Below, one piece after another: positions 36,981-49,899 of a stretch of DNA of 64,000 nucleotides. Position numbers and translations under genes: made by a program. The DNA lies in contig JAUZTB010000027.1 in the NCBI GenBank assembly GCA_034780895.1, positions 18,578,273-18,642,272 of the forward strand. The letters run 5' to 3'. The DNA is from Rhynchobatus australiae (lineage: Eukaryota). The notes beneath the pieces were generated by a model. It was given only the letters and a program-made list of their open reading frames with translations, was not told the origin of the DNA and searched no databases. Each line of letters begins with the position of its first letter. Positions within the stretch are counted from its first letter, which is position 1.

Positions 36981-39900
36981 AGAGTGCCAAAATAACAGGT
37001 GCCCCTCAGGAAATGTGATCCAAATTCTCCTGCAGTGCCCCAATAGGAATGTTCCACAGGGAGTGACGCCATCTCTTGCAGGCCAGAAGCAGAAATTGCT
37101 TCAGACTCGTGACTGCCAAGCCAATTATCTGAGTGACTCAAAATGACCTGGAAATAGTGGTTATGATAGTTCACTCATGGAAAAATTCAAGTTTATGTGC
37201 TGCTGGGTATAACAAAGTTGCACAATTGAATTTCCAGACATGAAGATCAGAACGCCCAAAAACAAGTGTTGTTGGATGTGCTAAAATCAGTAAGCCTATC
37301 ATGTGTGTGTTGCTATTAGCATTGAAAGGCAGTGTTCTGGGTTAGACACATTTCTACAAAGGCTTCCTTCCATGTTATCCAGCTGTTGAATCTCCCGGCT
37401 CAAAAATGTGGAAGCCATTTTGTATTTAATGAGTGCCAATATAACCATAATTGTCATTTAAAATAAACTTAGCCACTGTAATAATGATATCCTAAGTTAT
37501 GTTGAATAACATTCTAACTTTGTATTTAGTCTGTAACTGAAATTTGGAGGTAAGTTTTGATGTCCTTTGCCAAAGAAAGCAGTACAAAAGTATACATCTG
37601 TAGGTAATTTCAAGTAAGCTTTGCTATGGCTGGAAATGCAAAGTAAACATGGATTCTATCCACAGTCAACAACATTCACAAATTTATGCCAAGGAAGCTA
37701 CTGAAATTTTGAAAATGTGCTTCAGGAAAGAAAATACAAGCATGAGACAGCAGATGGCGATAATTAAATCCATACTACAAAGTAACTATTGACTTTTTGG
37801 GAAAATAATGTCATAGTAAAGATAACTACTTGTTCTAATAAGGGAGGTGCAGTGCTTGTAATCCCTGGAGGTCTATCCAGCTAACTATCGGCAGGTGACT
37901 ACAATATTAGGTTTTCAGATGAAACGCTTTCTTCGTGTTTGCTGAAGTGCTCCAGTTATTACCCTTTTTTTTGTTAAGATGTTTTTGTTAGAGCTGGTTC
38001 TCTGTAGCTTGGCAGAACACACTGTCTGGAGTTGCACAATTAACAACTTCCTCCCGTGTGGTCATGTTGAACAGTGACTCCCTGTGCGGGAGGTAACTGT
38101 GAATTGCACAGATGCTGCAGAGTCTTTTTGTGTTTTGAAATATGTTCCAGAAGTGTGACAAATTTGGGTTTAAAACAAAAACCCATGGGAGGATACATGT
38201 TGAACAGCTGTGATCGAACACTGGAGCGTATGAATTGCTGTCCTATCTGGAGAAGTGAAATGTAAATGAGAAATTTCTTACCATTGAACTCCTAACTTGA
38301 GCCATATAACAAACTGTGAAATGTTTTTTTTCCCTTGAAATAATGCGTACATTGAAAAATATGATTTGTTCATTTTATATAAAGTAATAAATGTTTGGAT
38401 GAATTACAATGTGTGCAATCCTGAATTGGCTTTGGGCCAGCAAAAATGCAAGTGTTTCCGACTTGACTGCACATACTGTAGAAGTCTGAAACTATCAAGA
38501 CCCAGCTCAGATCTGTAATTTTTATCTTAACCATATGTTATTTTTATAATGCATACAAATTCTTTTTGTTCCTTGACTTTGAAAAAGATAGCAAGCCTTG
38601 CATCTGGTTACATTAACTATAAGGCAATGAGACATTGAGGAGCAATTGGGTTCTGACATCACATAGGGAACTGGTAGAATGAAAGACTGATGTCGGGAGG
38701 TGCAATGTTACAGGATTACAGAATGATAAAGGACATAATAATTGAATACAAGATTGTAAAGCAGTGATAATATCTTGTAGATTATTAAATTATAACAACT
38801 AACAAAATATAAATATACATGGAGATGGAGGTGAAATGGTATGGTATTCCCAGAGGGTGTTTTTAACCTTGTGATTGCAGGCACATTTTTAAACAGCTTG
38901 AATAATTGGTGAAATGTGTTACCCAACTGTGCTCTGGTATTTGAGTGACAGCTGTTGGTGAGTATAATCACCAACAGATGAGTTTTACCATAGTGAATAA
39001 TCACTGCAGAAGTGAAAATGATTAATTCTATTTGTTTTAAAGGTTATAAAACAGTTTGGATTATAGAGACACAGTATTCCTTTCAAAAAAGACGGACACA
39101 AGTTGAATTACAGATGCCTAACAAGCAGGGTTGCATAATTTTGAAGTCTTTAAAGTTCTTTTTACAACTACATTTATATTTCATATTATTCTCAGGTTAT
39201 TATTTTTTATTTCATTTTACTCCATAATTAACGATCATGCCATTTCCCAGAGAAAAGATGTCTAGCAGACAACCAACCATTGTAACATTACCAGAATCAT
39301 TGTTAAACTGGTTGAGAGAATTGCACAGGAGTGAGCTTGGATCTTTAGTACTCCTTTCCTCTCTAGAGACCTCAGAAGATGTATTTAAGATTGCTGAGCT
39401 GATATGAGATGCTACAGTTCTGTTGTATGTTAAGTTAGTAACTGGTGTATCAGAGTTTTCCACAATTTTATGTTACATCGGTTACTGAAATTGCTCAGTA
39501 AAGATTCCACTGTCAGCATAAGCAAATTTGGTAGTTCGAGACATTCTGAAAAAAATCCTCCCAGATAATCTATGTGAGGTTAGTTATAGGTAATGATCTA
39601 AAGCTTGAAGTATTTAATTTGAAACTTCTCGCCAAATGTTTCATCACAAGAGCTCTTCTAGGAATAGGCCTGCATATTTTGGTGAAGTGCTTAATGAATA
39701 TATTGAATCTATCATATGCTGCAAACCACACCAGGATATATTAGCGAATCTCATCTATTNNNNNNNNNNNNNNNNNNNNNNNNNNNNNNNNNNNNNNNNN
39801 NNNNNNNNNNNNNNNNNNNNNNNNNNNNNNNNNNNNNNNNNNNNNNNNNNNNNNNNNNNNNNNNNNNNNNNNNNNNNNNNNNNNNNNNNNNNNNNNNNNN

Positions 39901-40033
39901 NNNNNNNNNNNNNNNNNNNNNNNNNNNNNNNNNNNNNNNNNNNNNNNNNNNNNNNNNNNNNNNNNNNNNNNNNNNNNNNNNNNNNNNNNNNNNNNNNNNN
40001 NNNNNNNNNNNNNNNNNNNNNNNNNNNNNNNNN

Positions 40034-40388
40034 CTGGACCAGCAGAGACTGATAGAAGTTTATAAGATTATGAGAAGCATAGATAGAGTGGACAGCTGGT
40101 ATCTTTTTCCCAAGGTCGAAATGACTAATACTAGAGGGTTGGGCAAATTTTTTACCAAGAGTCTGGTGGGTGTCTGGAATGCACTGCCAGGGGTGGTGTT
40201 GGAGGCAAATATGATAGAGGCTTTCAAGAGGCTATTAGATAGGCACATGAATGTGCAGAGAATAGAGGGATACTGATATTGTGTAAACAGCAGGGATTAG
40301 TTTAGCTGGGCATTTAATTACTAGTTTAATTAGTTTGCCTCAACATTGTGGGCCAAAGGGCCTGTTCCTGTGCTGTACTGTTCTATGT
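40034..40388 (+). mobile_element. CR1 LINE 3' end
   Basis: LIEVYKIMRSIDRVD...LFP...TRG...VWNALPG...AFKRLLDRHM with canonical tail. Confidence 0.9.
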
Positions 40389-40399
40389 GCTAAATTCTC

Positions 40400-40490
40400 T
40401 CAGCCATTCCTCTTTCTCTTCCCTCCCTTTCTCTCTCTCTTTCTTTCTGCCTCTCCAACCCCCCCCCCTCCCCCACCTTTCACCTTCACA
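40400..40490 (+). repeat. C/T-rich low-complexity tract
   Basis: (CT)n-like and poly-C runs. Confidence 0.6.
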
Positions 40491-41089
40491 TTCTCAGTAT
40501 TCAGGTACTTTTTCTTCACTGTCTCTGTTTATATACCTTACTTTTGAGACCAGTAAATCCTTGTGTTGACATATATCTGGCTGCTTCTAGTCGTGGCTTT
40601 GAGATTTTTCTTCCCTTACCATAGATTCTGTTGATTCCCCACACAGTTGACGACAACTGACCATGGCCTTGGCTCTTCTGGTTTGTTTCTTAGCTATCCA
40701 GATGTGGGCCTGGAATTTCCTTGGTATTTCCAGCGTACATTAAATGGTTACTGAGTTTTGGGCCAATGACTGTTTTGGTCATGAGCTAATAACCACTTGG
40801 AAATTAAAAAGTACCCAAAGCATTCCATTGTGTAAGGACTTTCCTTCAGGAAATCTTGGAGGGAATGGTCCCCCTGGAATGCTGAAAGGGACAAGTGGGG
40901 AAGCATTGGTATGGAAAATATCATAATCAGGACAGATACAACACTGCGGAGAGAATGGGGAATGGAATGGAGTCCTCAGAAGAAGAAAAAAAGAGGAAGG
41001 TGTAATCAAGGAGGCTGTGGGAGTTTGAGGGCTTGTAATTGATATTGGTGGTAATCCTCTCCCCTGAGAAAGCAAAAGAGAGATCAAGG

Positions 41090-41590
41090 AAAAATTACAG
41101 CTGTATACGACATTGGTGAGACTGCACCTGGAATATTGTGTGCCGTTCTGGTTGTGTGCAATAGGAAGGATGTGATTAAGCTACAGAGGGTGAAGAAAAG
41201 GTTCACAAGGATGTTGCTGGGACTAGAGGGCTTGAGTTATGAGAAGAGACTGGCTAGGTTAGGACTGTTCTCCCTGGAGCACAGGAGGCTGAGGGGTGAC
41301 CTTACAGAGGTTTATAAAATCATGTGGGGAAAAGATAAGGTGGATGGTTATAGTCTTTTTTCCCAGGGTAGGTAGTCTAAAACATAGGTTTATGGTGAGA
41401 GGGGAAAGGTTTAAAGGGGTCCTGAGATGCAAGTTTTTCATGTGATGGGTATGTGGAATTAGCTGCCAGAGGGAGTGAAAGAGATGGGTATATCTGCAAT
41501 GTTTAGAAGACATTGGAAAAGGTTCATGTACAGCGAAGGTTTTGCGGGATATGTGCTAAGTGCAAGCAAATAGGACGAGCTCAGGAAGGC
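41090..41590 (+). mobile_element. CR1 LINE 3' part
   Basis: RKDVIKLQRVKKRFTRMLLGLEGLSYEKRLARLGLFSLEHRRLRGDLTEVYKIM. Confidence 0.9.
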
Positions 41591-41639
41591 AAGATAAAAG
41601 AAAGGGGGTGAAAGCAGGATGAAATCTGCAGCTAGATGA

Positions 41640-42000
41640 TGAAATATTCGAGTTAGCATCAGTGCAGGAAACAGCATCAGTACTGTCTCCTTCTATCAGA
41701 CCAGCCGTCACATTTAATAGATCACTTTCTGTAATATCCACCTCCAATATATGATGCCATCACCAGATACATATTTCCCTCCCCTCCCCTTTCAGCATTC
41801 CAAAGAGATTGTTCACTCTGCAATTCCCTGGTTCACTCTCCTATCTCCACCAATGTCAGCTTCCCTTCTCAAGGCAGGCTCTCACGTAACTGCAGAAAGG
41901 GCAACAACTTTTATCTTTTCCTACCATCCGCCAATACCATACTTCTTCCTGGTGAAGCAGCAATTCTCTTGTACCTCTTCCAATTTAGTGTGTTGCGTTC
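41640..42000 (+). mobile_element. Penelope-like fragment, degenerate
   Basis: Ends in QFSCTSSNLVCCVQ, the lead-in to the GIY-YIG motif, with CCTCCCCTTTCAGCATTCC upstream. Confidence 0.55.
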
Positions 42001-42260
42001 AATTGCCTTCTGTGGTAGCCGTTTCCACAGGTTCATCCTTCTCTGAGTGAAGAAATCTCTCCTCATCTTGGCTATACATGATTTGTCCATTATCCTTGGA
42101 TTCTGATCCCTGGTCCTGGACCACCTCACCTTTGGGAACACCCTTCCTGCATCTAGTCTGGCCTATCTCATTAGAGACAGGCATCAGGCTGACTTGCCTA
42201 TTGCTTCCTGCTCTTTGTCTCCCTCCTTTCTTGAACAGGGTCATGATGTTTATGGTTTCC
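42000..42260 (-). mobile_element. CR1 LINE fragments
   Basis: LFKKGGRQRAGSNRQVSL and MFP...SRTR...KMRRDFFTQR. Confidence 0.7.
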
Positions 42261-42649
42261 AGTCGGCTGATGATAAGGGTGGTGGAGATCCTGCAGTTAC
42301 CATTTAGGGATGATGCAGCCAAACCTGTGATTGGGAGTTGTGGGGTGTAAAGACATAGTCAGGTGATTGAAAGGTGGGGGAAAGAATTGGACTAGTGTTA
42401 TGATCCTTGGGGTGGTGGTGGGGGTTGGTAGTTGATGGGTAGAGGCTGAAAGGGTTGGTTCAAATTTGCTTTGATTGGGATAGAGCAATGACCTTGGAAG
42501 GGTGGTGCTTGGGTCGGAGTCACAGTGGGGGCTGATGCCTGAAGTGGAGCTGCTATGTAGGTAACATGAAGGTAGCTTACCCAAGTTGGTTTCTGGTGCT
42601 GACTTAGACCAGTACAGAAGCAGGCCTTAGAAGTGATCTGTAGGACAAG

Positions 42650-43270
42650 GGGCACTCCTCTGGTGGAAAAAATTGCCCCTCAGATCTTCTTTAAATTTCT
42701 CTCCTCTCACCTTAAACCTATGCCCCTACCCTGGGAAAAAGATTCTATCTACCCTGTCTATGTCCCTCATAATCTTATAAACCTCTATAAAGTTATCCAT
42801 CGGCATCCTACACTCCAGTGAGAACAAACCTAGTCTATCCGATCTCTCCTTATAACTGAAGCCTTCCATTCCAGGCAACATCCTGGTGAACCATAGCTTC
42901 AAGATTTGAGGGAGTAGATTTAGGATGGAGATGAGGAGGAACTGTTTTTCCCAGAGAGTAGTGAATCTGTGGAATTCTCTGCCCAGGGAAGCAGTGGAGG
43001 CTACCTCATTAAATATAGTTAAGACACAATTAGATTTTTGCATAGCAGGGGAATTACGGGCTATGGGAAAAGGCAGGTAGGTGGAGCTGAGACCACAGCC
43101 AGATCAGCCATGATAATGGCTCGACAGGCTAGGTGGCCTACTCTTGCTCCTATTTCTTATGTTCTAATGTCTTCTGCACTCTTTCTAATGCTACCACATC
43201 CTTCCTGTAGTGTGGCAAACAGAACTGTGCAAAATACTCCAAATGTGGCCTAACCAATGTCTGGTACACC
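42650..43270 (-). mobile_element. CR1 LINE 3' part, interrupted by another CR1
   Basis: FTRMLPGMEGFSYKERSDRLGLFSLECR. The sequence resumes at about 43169 after the insertion. Confidence 0.85.
42891..43168 (+). mobile_element. CR1 LINE 3' end nested in the opposite orientation
   Basis: GAGATGAGGAGGAACTGTTTTTCCCAGAGAGTAGTGAATCTGTGGAATTCTCTGCC with tail CTCCTATTTCTTATGTTCT. Confidence 0.85.
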
Positions 43271-43649
43271 TGTCACCATGCCTCACCTCCCAGTCTGGCA
43301 GCTGTCAAACCCACCCTTTAAATTAAATATTTGAGCAAACATTCAAACTCACCAAAAATTACAATCGTGAAAAAAATCTTTTAAACTTGAAAGAATTAAG
43401 ACATATGCACATATATTCGGCTGGGTGGGAACAGAACATTTCTGTGTGCTTCTCTCCCCATAGCCCCTCTACCAAGCCATAACAATTGGGAGCTGGGTTG
43501 AGCTGAACAGAGCTGGGACCGCTGAGCAGACTCACTCGCTCACTCTCAGGAATGGAACCCTGTTGTAACCTGGAGACTATCGGTAAAACATAATCTGTTT
43601 CTACCAGCAATCAATTTCTCACCTTCATTTTAATGGGTTTGCTGTACTT

Positions 43650-46290
43650 CATAGAGTCATATAGTCACCACAGAAATAGGTCCTTCAACCCACTATGTCC
43701 ACACTGACAATCACATACCTATCCATATTAATCCTATTTACCAGCACTTGGTCCAAGTGGTCTTCTAAGTACTTCTTAAATGTTGTGACGGTATTTATTT
43801 CTACCAATCCCTAAGGCAGTGTGTTTTAGATTCCAACCAACCTCTAGTTGGAAAAATCTCTACCTTAGATAACTGGTATTCTCTCTCGTACAGCATTGGT
43901 CATTGGACTCCGGTCATAAAAAGCACCTCTGCCTCCTATGACCAAATTAATTTTGGATCCAATTTGCCTTGGAACTCATGGGCTCTTACCTTTTGGGCTA
44001 GTCTCCCATGGGGGACCTAGTCAAAGGCTGTACTGAGATCCATGTGCATTACATCTACCACACTGCCTGATTCAAAACATTTCGTTAGCTCTTTGAAAAA
44101 TTCAATTAATTTGGTCAGAGAGGATCTCACCTTAAAAATACTATGCTATCTTTGATTAATCCCTGCCTTTCCAACTACAGATTAATTATGTCCCTCAGAT
44201 TTTTTTCCAATGTTTTCCCTACCACTGACATTATACTCATAGGGTTGTAGTTATCAGGCTTATCCCTGCTACTTTTCTGGAAAATGGTACTACATGCACT
44301 GTCCTCTAGTCATCTGGCACCTCTCCTCTAAAAATCTCTGTCGGGGCCTCGGCAATCTCCTCCCTGTTCTCCCATGGCAGCCTGAGATAGTGAGATTAAT
44401 CGACCTACTGAGACATTTAGCACCTGTTCCTTCTTAATGATAACATGTTGTCGAAATTCACCCCCGGATTCTCAAACTGCAAGGTCCTTCTTAGCGAATA
44501 CAGAATAGAAGTATTCATTTAAGTCCTCACCGACATCCTCTCACTGCATGCAGGGATTGCCATTTTGGTCCCGAATGACTTCTGCTCTTCCTCTGGTTAT
44601 CCTCTCGACCTTAATATACTTATAAAATGCTTTCTGATTATCATTAATCTGGTCTGCCAGTGATGTTCTGTGCCCCTCCTCTGCCATTTTAACTTTTGTA
44701 AAGTACCTCCTACACTTCCTGTACTCCCAGAGGGCCTCCCCTGTCCTCAGTTGTCAATACCTGCCATATATTTTCTTTATCCAGCCCTTAATATTCCTTG
44801 ACATCCAGGATTTCTTGGACTTGTGTCTGTACCTTTCACCCTTCTGGGAACATGTTGGCTCCAAGCTCTCATTATTTCAGTTTTGTATGACTCCCACTTG
44901 TCTGATGTAGACCTATCTACAACTAGCTTCTCCCAGTCTACTTTTACTAGGTCCTGTTTTATGATATTGAAATCATCCTTCCATCAATTCAGGAACAATT
45001 TCTGGACCATCCTTATTGCATTTCAATACTACCTTGAAACCGACAGAGTTATGGTCACTATTTCTAAAATGGTCTCCCACTGATCACTTTAATTGAGTCA
45101 GTTTCCCAATTATATTCCATTAGATTAGGTCCTTTCCCAGTAGCCGCTTCTCTTTAAATGTACTGGCTCAGAAAGCTCACCTGAACATACTTTAAAAATT
45201 TCACTCCTGCAACAGTTTACACACTAAAGTGACCCAGTTTTTACTGGGGAAATTGAAATCCCTCTGATTCCAACCCTATTACTCTTAAATCTCCCTGATA
45301 TTTGTTTGCATATTTAGTTCTATATCTGCTGATGACCATTTGGAGACCTGTAATATATCCCTCCTTTTTGTTCCAATATTCTACAAGTGGCCTCATCTGA
45401 AAAAGCTTCCAGGATAAGCTCTTCATTACCGCTATAATGAACTTCTTAATCTCTTACTTGCATCTACCTATCACCACCTTGTGTCCACTCCACCTCCCCT
45501 CTTTTGTCTACCTATCACTGTTCTGCTTTTCCTTCCTATATATTGGGCTTTCCCTTTTCCTATCTCCTGAAGAAGGGTCCTGATGTGAAACGTTGACCGC
45601 CTGCTTTNNNNNNNNNNNNNNNNNNNNNNNNNNNNNNNNNNNNNNNNNNNNNNNNNNNNNNNNNNNNNNNNNNNNNNNNNNNNNNNNNNNNNNNNNNNNN
45701 NNNNNNNCCTATCTCCTGAAGAAGGGTCCTGATGTGAAACGTTGACCGCCTGCTTTTCACCATGGATGCTGCCTGGCCTGAGTTCCTCCAGCATCATTGT
45801 GTTTTTCATTCTTCTTAATCAATATTGCAGTACCACCTCTTCTTTTGCATCACACACACAACCCCTACTGCCATCCAACTGACACATGAAGATTCTATGT
45901 CCTGGAATGTCATCTGCCAATCCTGCCCTTCTTTCAACCATCTCTCTGTGATGGCAACAATATCATATGCCCCTATGCCGATCACCTAAGTTTATATGGC
46001 TTATTAGTCAATATCCTTGCATTAAAATCGATGCAATTTATTCTTGCCTCTCCCATTGCCTTATTATGCCCATATCTGCTCTGGTAGTTGACTTAGTATT
46101 CCTTTTATATTTGACTACAACTCCCCCCAGTTGTACATTTACTCTGTGTCCCAGTCCCCTGCCAAATTAATTTAACACCATTGCAATAGCACTTGCAAAG
46201 GTCCGCAGAAGGATGTTTGACCCATTCTAGTTCAGGTGAAATCTGTCATCTTGACCCGGTCCCACTTTCCCCAGAAACAGTCCCATTGAT
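43650..46290 (-). mobile_element. Old CR1 LINE, long degenerate copy
   Basis: CATAGAGTCAT-type tail at 43650. Nucleotide motifs parallel 32490-34980 in the same order. Confidence 0.75.
45452..45810 (+). mobile_element. Penelope-like terminal repeat inserted in CR1, with 10-bp target-site duplication
   Basis: CTTCTTAATC at 45442-45451 and 45811-45820. Contains a CTGAAGA...GAAACGTT hammerhead-like core at 45567-45594. Confidence 0.75.
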
Positions 46291-46729
46291 ACAGAAATCT
46301 AAAGCTCTACCTACCTGATTAGCATCAATGTCACACTGTCCAATCAAAGGCTGAGGTTGAGAAGATTACACAGACGCTCCTTTCCCACCAAAGCTCATAC
46401 TCTGAGACTGCCACACTCTGAGATTTGCTGTGAAAATTTATGTCAGATTAACCTGGCCTGGGTTCAGTGGATGGGCTTCCTAGCCTGTGAACTGGGAAAT
46501 CTGTAGAACTTCATGTTTCCCTGTTGAATCTCTGCAGAGTCCAAAAGAACAATGCAGAATCATGCCACCAGCACTCCACTGAGTCAAAAGCTGCACTACA
46601 CCCACCGATCAGGAGTTGCTGAGATGGGCATAACCTCCTGCAAATCCTTCATGTATCTGGGCAAGAAATACTGCCCAGTAGACGCTATTACATTGTCTTA
46701 TTGCACAGTTATGCCAGCGTCTCTACTTC

Positions 46730-47243
46730 ATTGGGAGTTGGAGGAGATTTGGTATGTCACCAAATTTCTACAGATGTTCAGTGGAGAGCATTCTGATCAG
46801 TTGCATCACTGCCTGTATGGAGGGTCTAATGTGCAGGATCAAAAGAGATGGCAGAGGGTTGTAAACTCAGCCAGCTCCTTCACAGGCACAACCCTCCCTG
46901 CCATCATGGATATCTTCAGGAGGTGGTGCCTCAAGAAGGCAGCATCCATCATTAAGGACCCTAACCATCTGGGACATGCCCTCTTCACGTTACTACCATC
47001 TGGGAGGAGGCACAGGAACCTGAAGACCCACACTCTAAGTTTCAGGAACAGCTTCTTCCCTTCCGCCATCAGATTTCTGAATGGTCCATGAACTCATTAT
47101 TCCTATTTGTACTATTTATTTATTTTTGTAACTTACCCAGAGTAATTTTTATGTCTTTCTGTCTTGCACTCTACTGCTGCTGCAGAACAACAAATTTCAG
47201 GACATAAGTTGGTGATACTAAACCTGATTTTGATTTTGATTCT
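46730..47243 (+). mobile_element. Rex1/Babar LINE 3' part
   Basis: WQRVVNSASSFTGTTLPAIMDIFRRWCLKKAASIIKDPNHLGHALFTLLPSGRRHRNLKTHTLSFRNSFFPSAIRFLN, then a (TGATTT/C)n tail. Confidence 0.9.
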
Positions 47244-48667
47244 GAGCTAGTTGAAGAACATCATGTCTGTGAATATGCAAATGAATTGTAATAGTAGTGT
47301 ACCATCAGCACATTTTGGGTGAAACTTGTTGATGGTACTTCATGCAATAATTTTGCCCACTGTTTTAAGCTCTCAGTAACATACAGTTATCCTTGGGCTC
47401 TCCATGTAATTTTCAAAAATTAGTAATTCTAATTTCTAGTTCATTAGACATTTAGATATTCTCAGTTCCTCTTCCTGTGCATCCATCCTAAACAACCTGA
47501 AGACACTGCTCATTTTTGAAATTTGAATTTTTCCTATCATTTTGTGATGAATTTTATGTTTAACAATTGATCCTCAAACCCTTTGAAGATCAGAAGTCCA
47601 CTTCACAGTTTTAGAACAAAGCCTTTATTGGAACAGGGTGCTAAACATATCTTATTGCTTATCAAATTCCATCACAAGCTTGCAGTAATCAGTGACATTC
47701 ACATTTTGATCAAAGAATTTGCAACTATGTCTGATGAAACTTTGACAGGTGCTGACATAATAATGTTTTCCTTTATTTCGAATCCTGATTTTATTCATAA
47801 TAAATGGCCCGATTGGTTTGAGACACATCAGCCACCAAGAAGCTGTTGGTCCTGATTTTGGTATTTGTTACATCCTGGTTTCCAAGTACAGCTGGGATGT
47901 AACAGATGGTAATGTTTGGAAGAGCTCAGTAACTCCTGAGCTCTACCACTTCCTGAACAAGCTGGAGTCTCCAATGATTTGTGGGCTGGGTGGTGAAAGC
48001 TCCTGTCTAAAGCAGGAAGTACCTATATTATCGTATTCAAAGGGGAGTAGGGAATACACTTGCAGTATTTCCTGGTTATGTGTGCGCTTACAGCCAGCTC
48101 CGAGGCAAGAACAGGAAACTTGGCACAAGTTTGATATGGACCCACAGGTGGGGAAGTCGATACTTGTGTAAATAATTGTTTCAGATCATTTCTAGACTCC
48201 TTTTGGTATTTTTAGCTATTTCCTTCTTGCTGTCATTTAAGCTTTAAAGACTTTGTGTCAGTTGTCATAACTTATTCCTTTTCTGACTTCTCAACTCTCT
48301 TTCCTATTGCTGATGGGTTTGTTGAACTGACATGTTCAAAAGTAAAAGTCAAGGCATCCACTCTGTTGGGATATATATTAGCATTGATCAGTGAAATTAC
48401 CTTAGTCTGGCAAAGAATGTACATGAAAGATTCCCTTCACAAAGGAAATTGTGCAGGGAATTCCTTTGATAGATGAATGGATTTGTCACTGCACTTATAC
48501 TGCAAGAAATAGCACGCACCAAAGTGATCAAGAGCTAATGTTTGATAGGCTGCAATAAAAACAGAAAATTCTGGAAACACTTAGTAGGCCAGGCAGATCT
48601 GTGCAAAGAGTTACAGAGTTAATGTTTCAGGTCAAAGACCCTTTGTCAGAACTTGGAAAGAGAGAAA

Positions 48668-49535
48668 TCATAGAGTTATAAAACACACAAACGGGCCCTT
48701 CGGCCCAACTCATCCATGCCAACCTTGGGCCTGCCTGAGGTAGTCCTATTTGCCTGAGTTTGGCCCATATCCTTCTAAACCTTTCCTATCCATGTACCTA
48801 TTCAAATGTCTTTTAAATGTTATAATTGTACCTGCCTCTTCCACCTCTGGCAGCTTGTTTTGTATACCTAAGACCCTCTGCGATAAACTTGCTCCTCAGA
48901 TTCCCTTTAAGTCTTTCCCCACTCACCTTAAACATGTGCCTCTTGTTTTAGACACCCAAACCCTGGGAAAAACATTGTGACCATCTACCCTATCTATGCC
49001 CCTCATAAGAAACAAGAGATTGCAGATGCTGGAATCTGGACCAACATTAATCATCGACAGTTTCATTCCCCCCACAGATGCTGCTTGACCCCCTGAGTTC
49101 CTCCAGTAGATTGTTTATGTTCACCTCATCACTTTATAAACCTCTATGAAGTCACCCCTCAGCCTCTTTCGCCCCAGGGAAAACAGTCCCAATCTGTCCA
49201 GTCTCTCCTTATAACTCAAGCCCTCTNNNNNNNNNNNNNNNNNNNNNNNNNNNNNNNNNNNNNNNNNNNNNNNNNNNNNNNATTATGGTGAGCAGACCTG
49301 CACACCACATTCCAAGTGTGCTCTCACCAACATCTCGTACAGCTGTAACATGACATTCCAACTCTTATACTCAGTGCCCTGACTGACAAAGGCAGGCATG
49401 CCAAATGCCTTCTTCAACACTCTGTCTGTGTTGCCACTTTCAGGGAAATATGTACTTGTGCTCCAAGGTCTTTCTGTTCTACAACACTACCCGGGGCCCT
49501 GCATTTACTGTGTACGTTCTGCCCTGGTTCAACTG
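48668..49535 (-). mobile_element. CR1 LINE 3' part with nested Penelope-like terminal pair (about 49008-49120)
   Basis: CATAGAGTTAT...GGCCCTTCGGCCCAAC tail. The CR1 body is split by a GCAGATGCTGGAATCTGG...GAGTTCCTCCAG insert. Confidence 0.8.
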
Positions 49536-49899
49536 TTTGATATTTGCAATCTTAAAAGAAAGCTTTCTAGAGATTCAATGCATGCTTTTCAAAAGGATCA
49601 GGTAGCCACATGTGTGCAGAATCAGCTGTGATTTGAGTAGATTATAGCATGTTGAGAAAATTTAAAAACTTAATCACGTAATTCCATGTTCCATATTGCA
49701 AATGTACTGGGATACATAGCAATGTCAATTGGGCTACTACGTGAAGCTAGCAGTATGGTTTATGGACAAGTAATTAGGTCTGATTGGATCAAAGTTCAGC
49801 CACATCTTAGTTTAATTCGGCATTGCGTTTGGTGCAGACATCTTGGGCTGAAGGGCCTGTTCCTGTGCTGTTCTAACTTCCCAAAGTTAGTTTTAAATT

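Noticed and set aside
38040-38246. Minus-strand 68-codon frame after a good acceptor (IGQQFIRSSVRSQLFNMYPP...)
   Set aside because: No recognisable protein, and the nearest donor is only about 35 nt upstream, too short for an intron.
39212-39463. Ser/Thr/Asn-rich minus ORF with possible splice sites
   Set aside because: No recognisable domain and no consistent partner exons.
45559-45756. Apparent tandem (dimeric) hammerhead, exact 49-bp duplicate
   Set aside because: The copies flank a 100-N gap and are most likely an assembly overlap. Long reads would be needed to call a real dimer.
47866-47904. Resemblance of TGTTACATCC/GGATGTAACA to miR-30
   Set aside because: It lacks the miR-30 TGTAAACATCC seed region, and the stem is short for a pre-miRNA.
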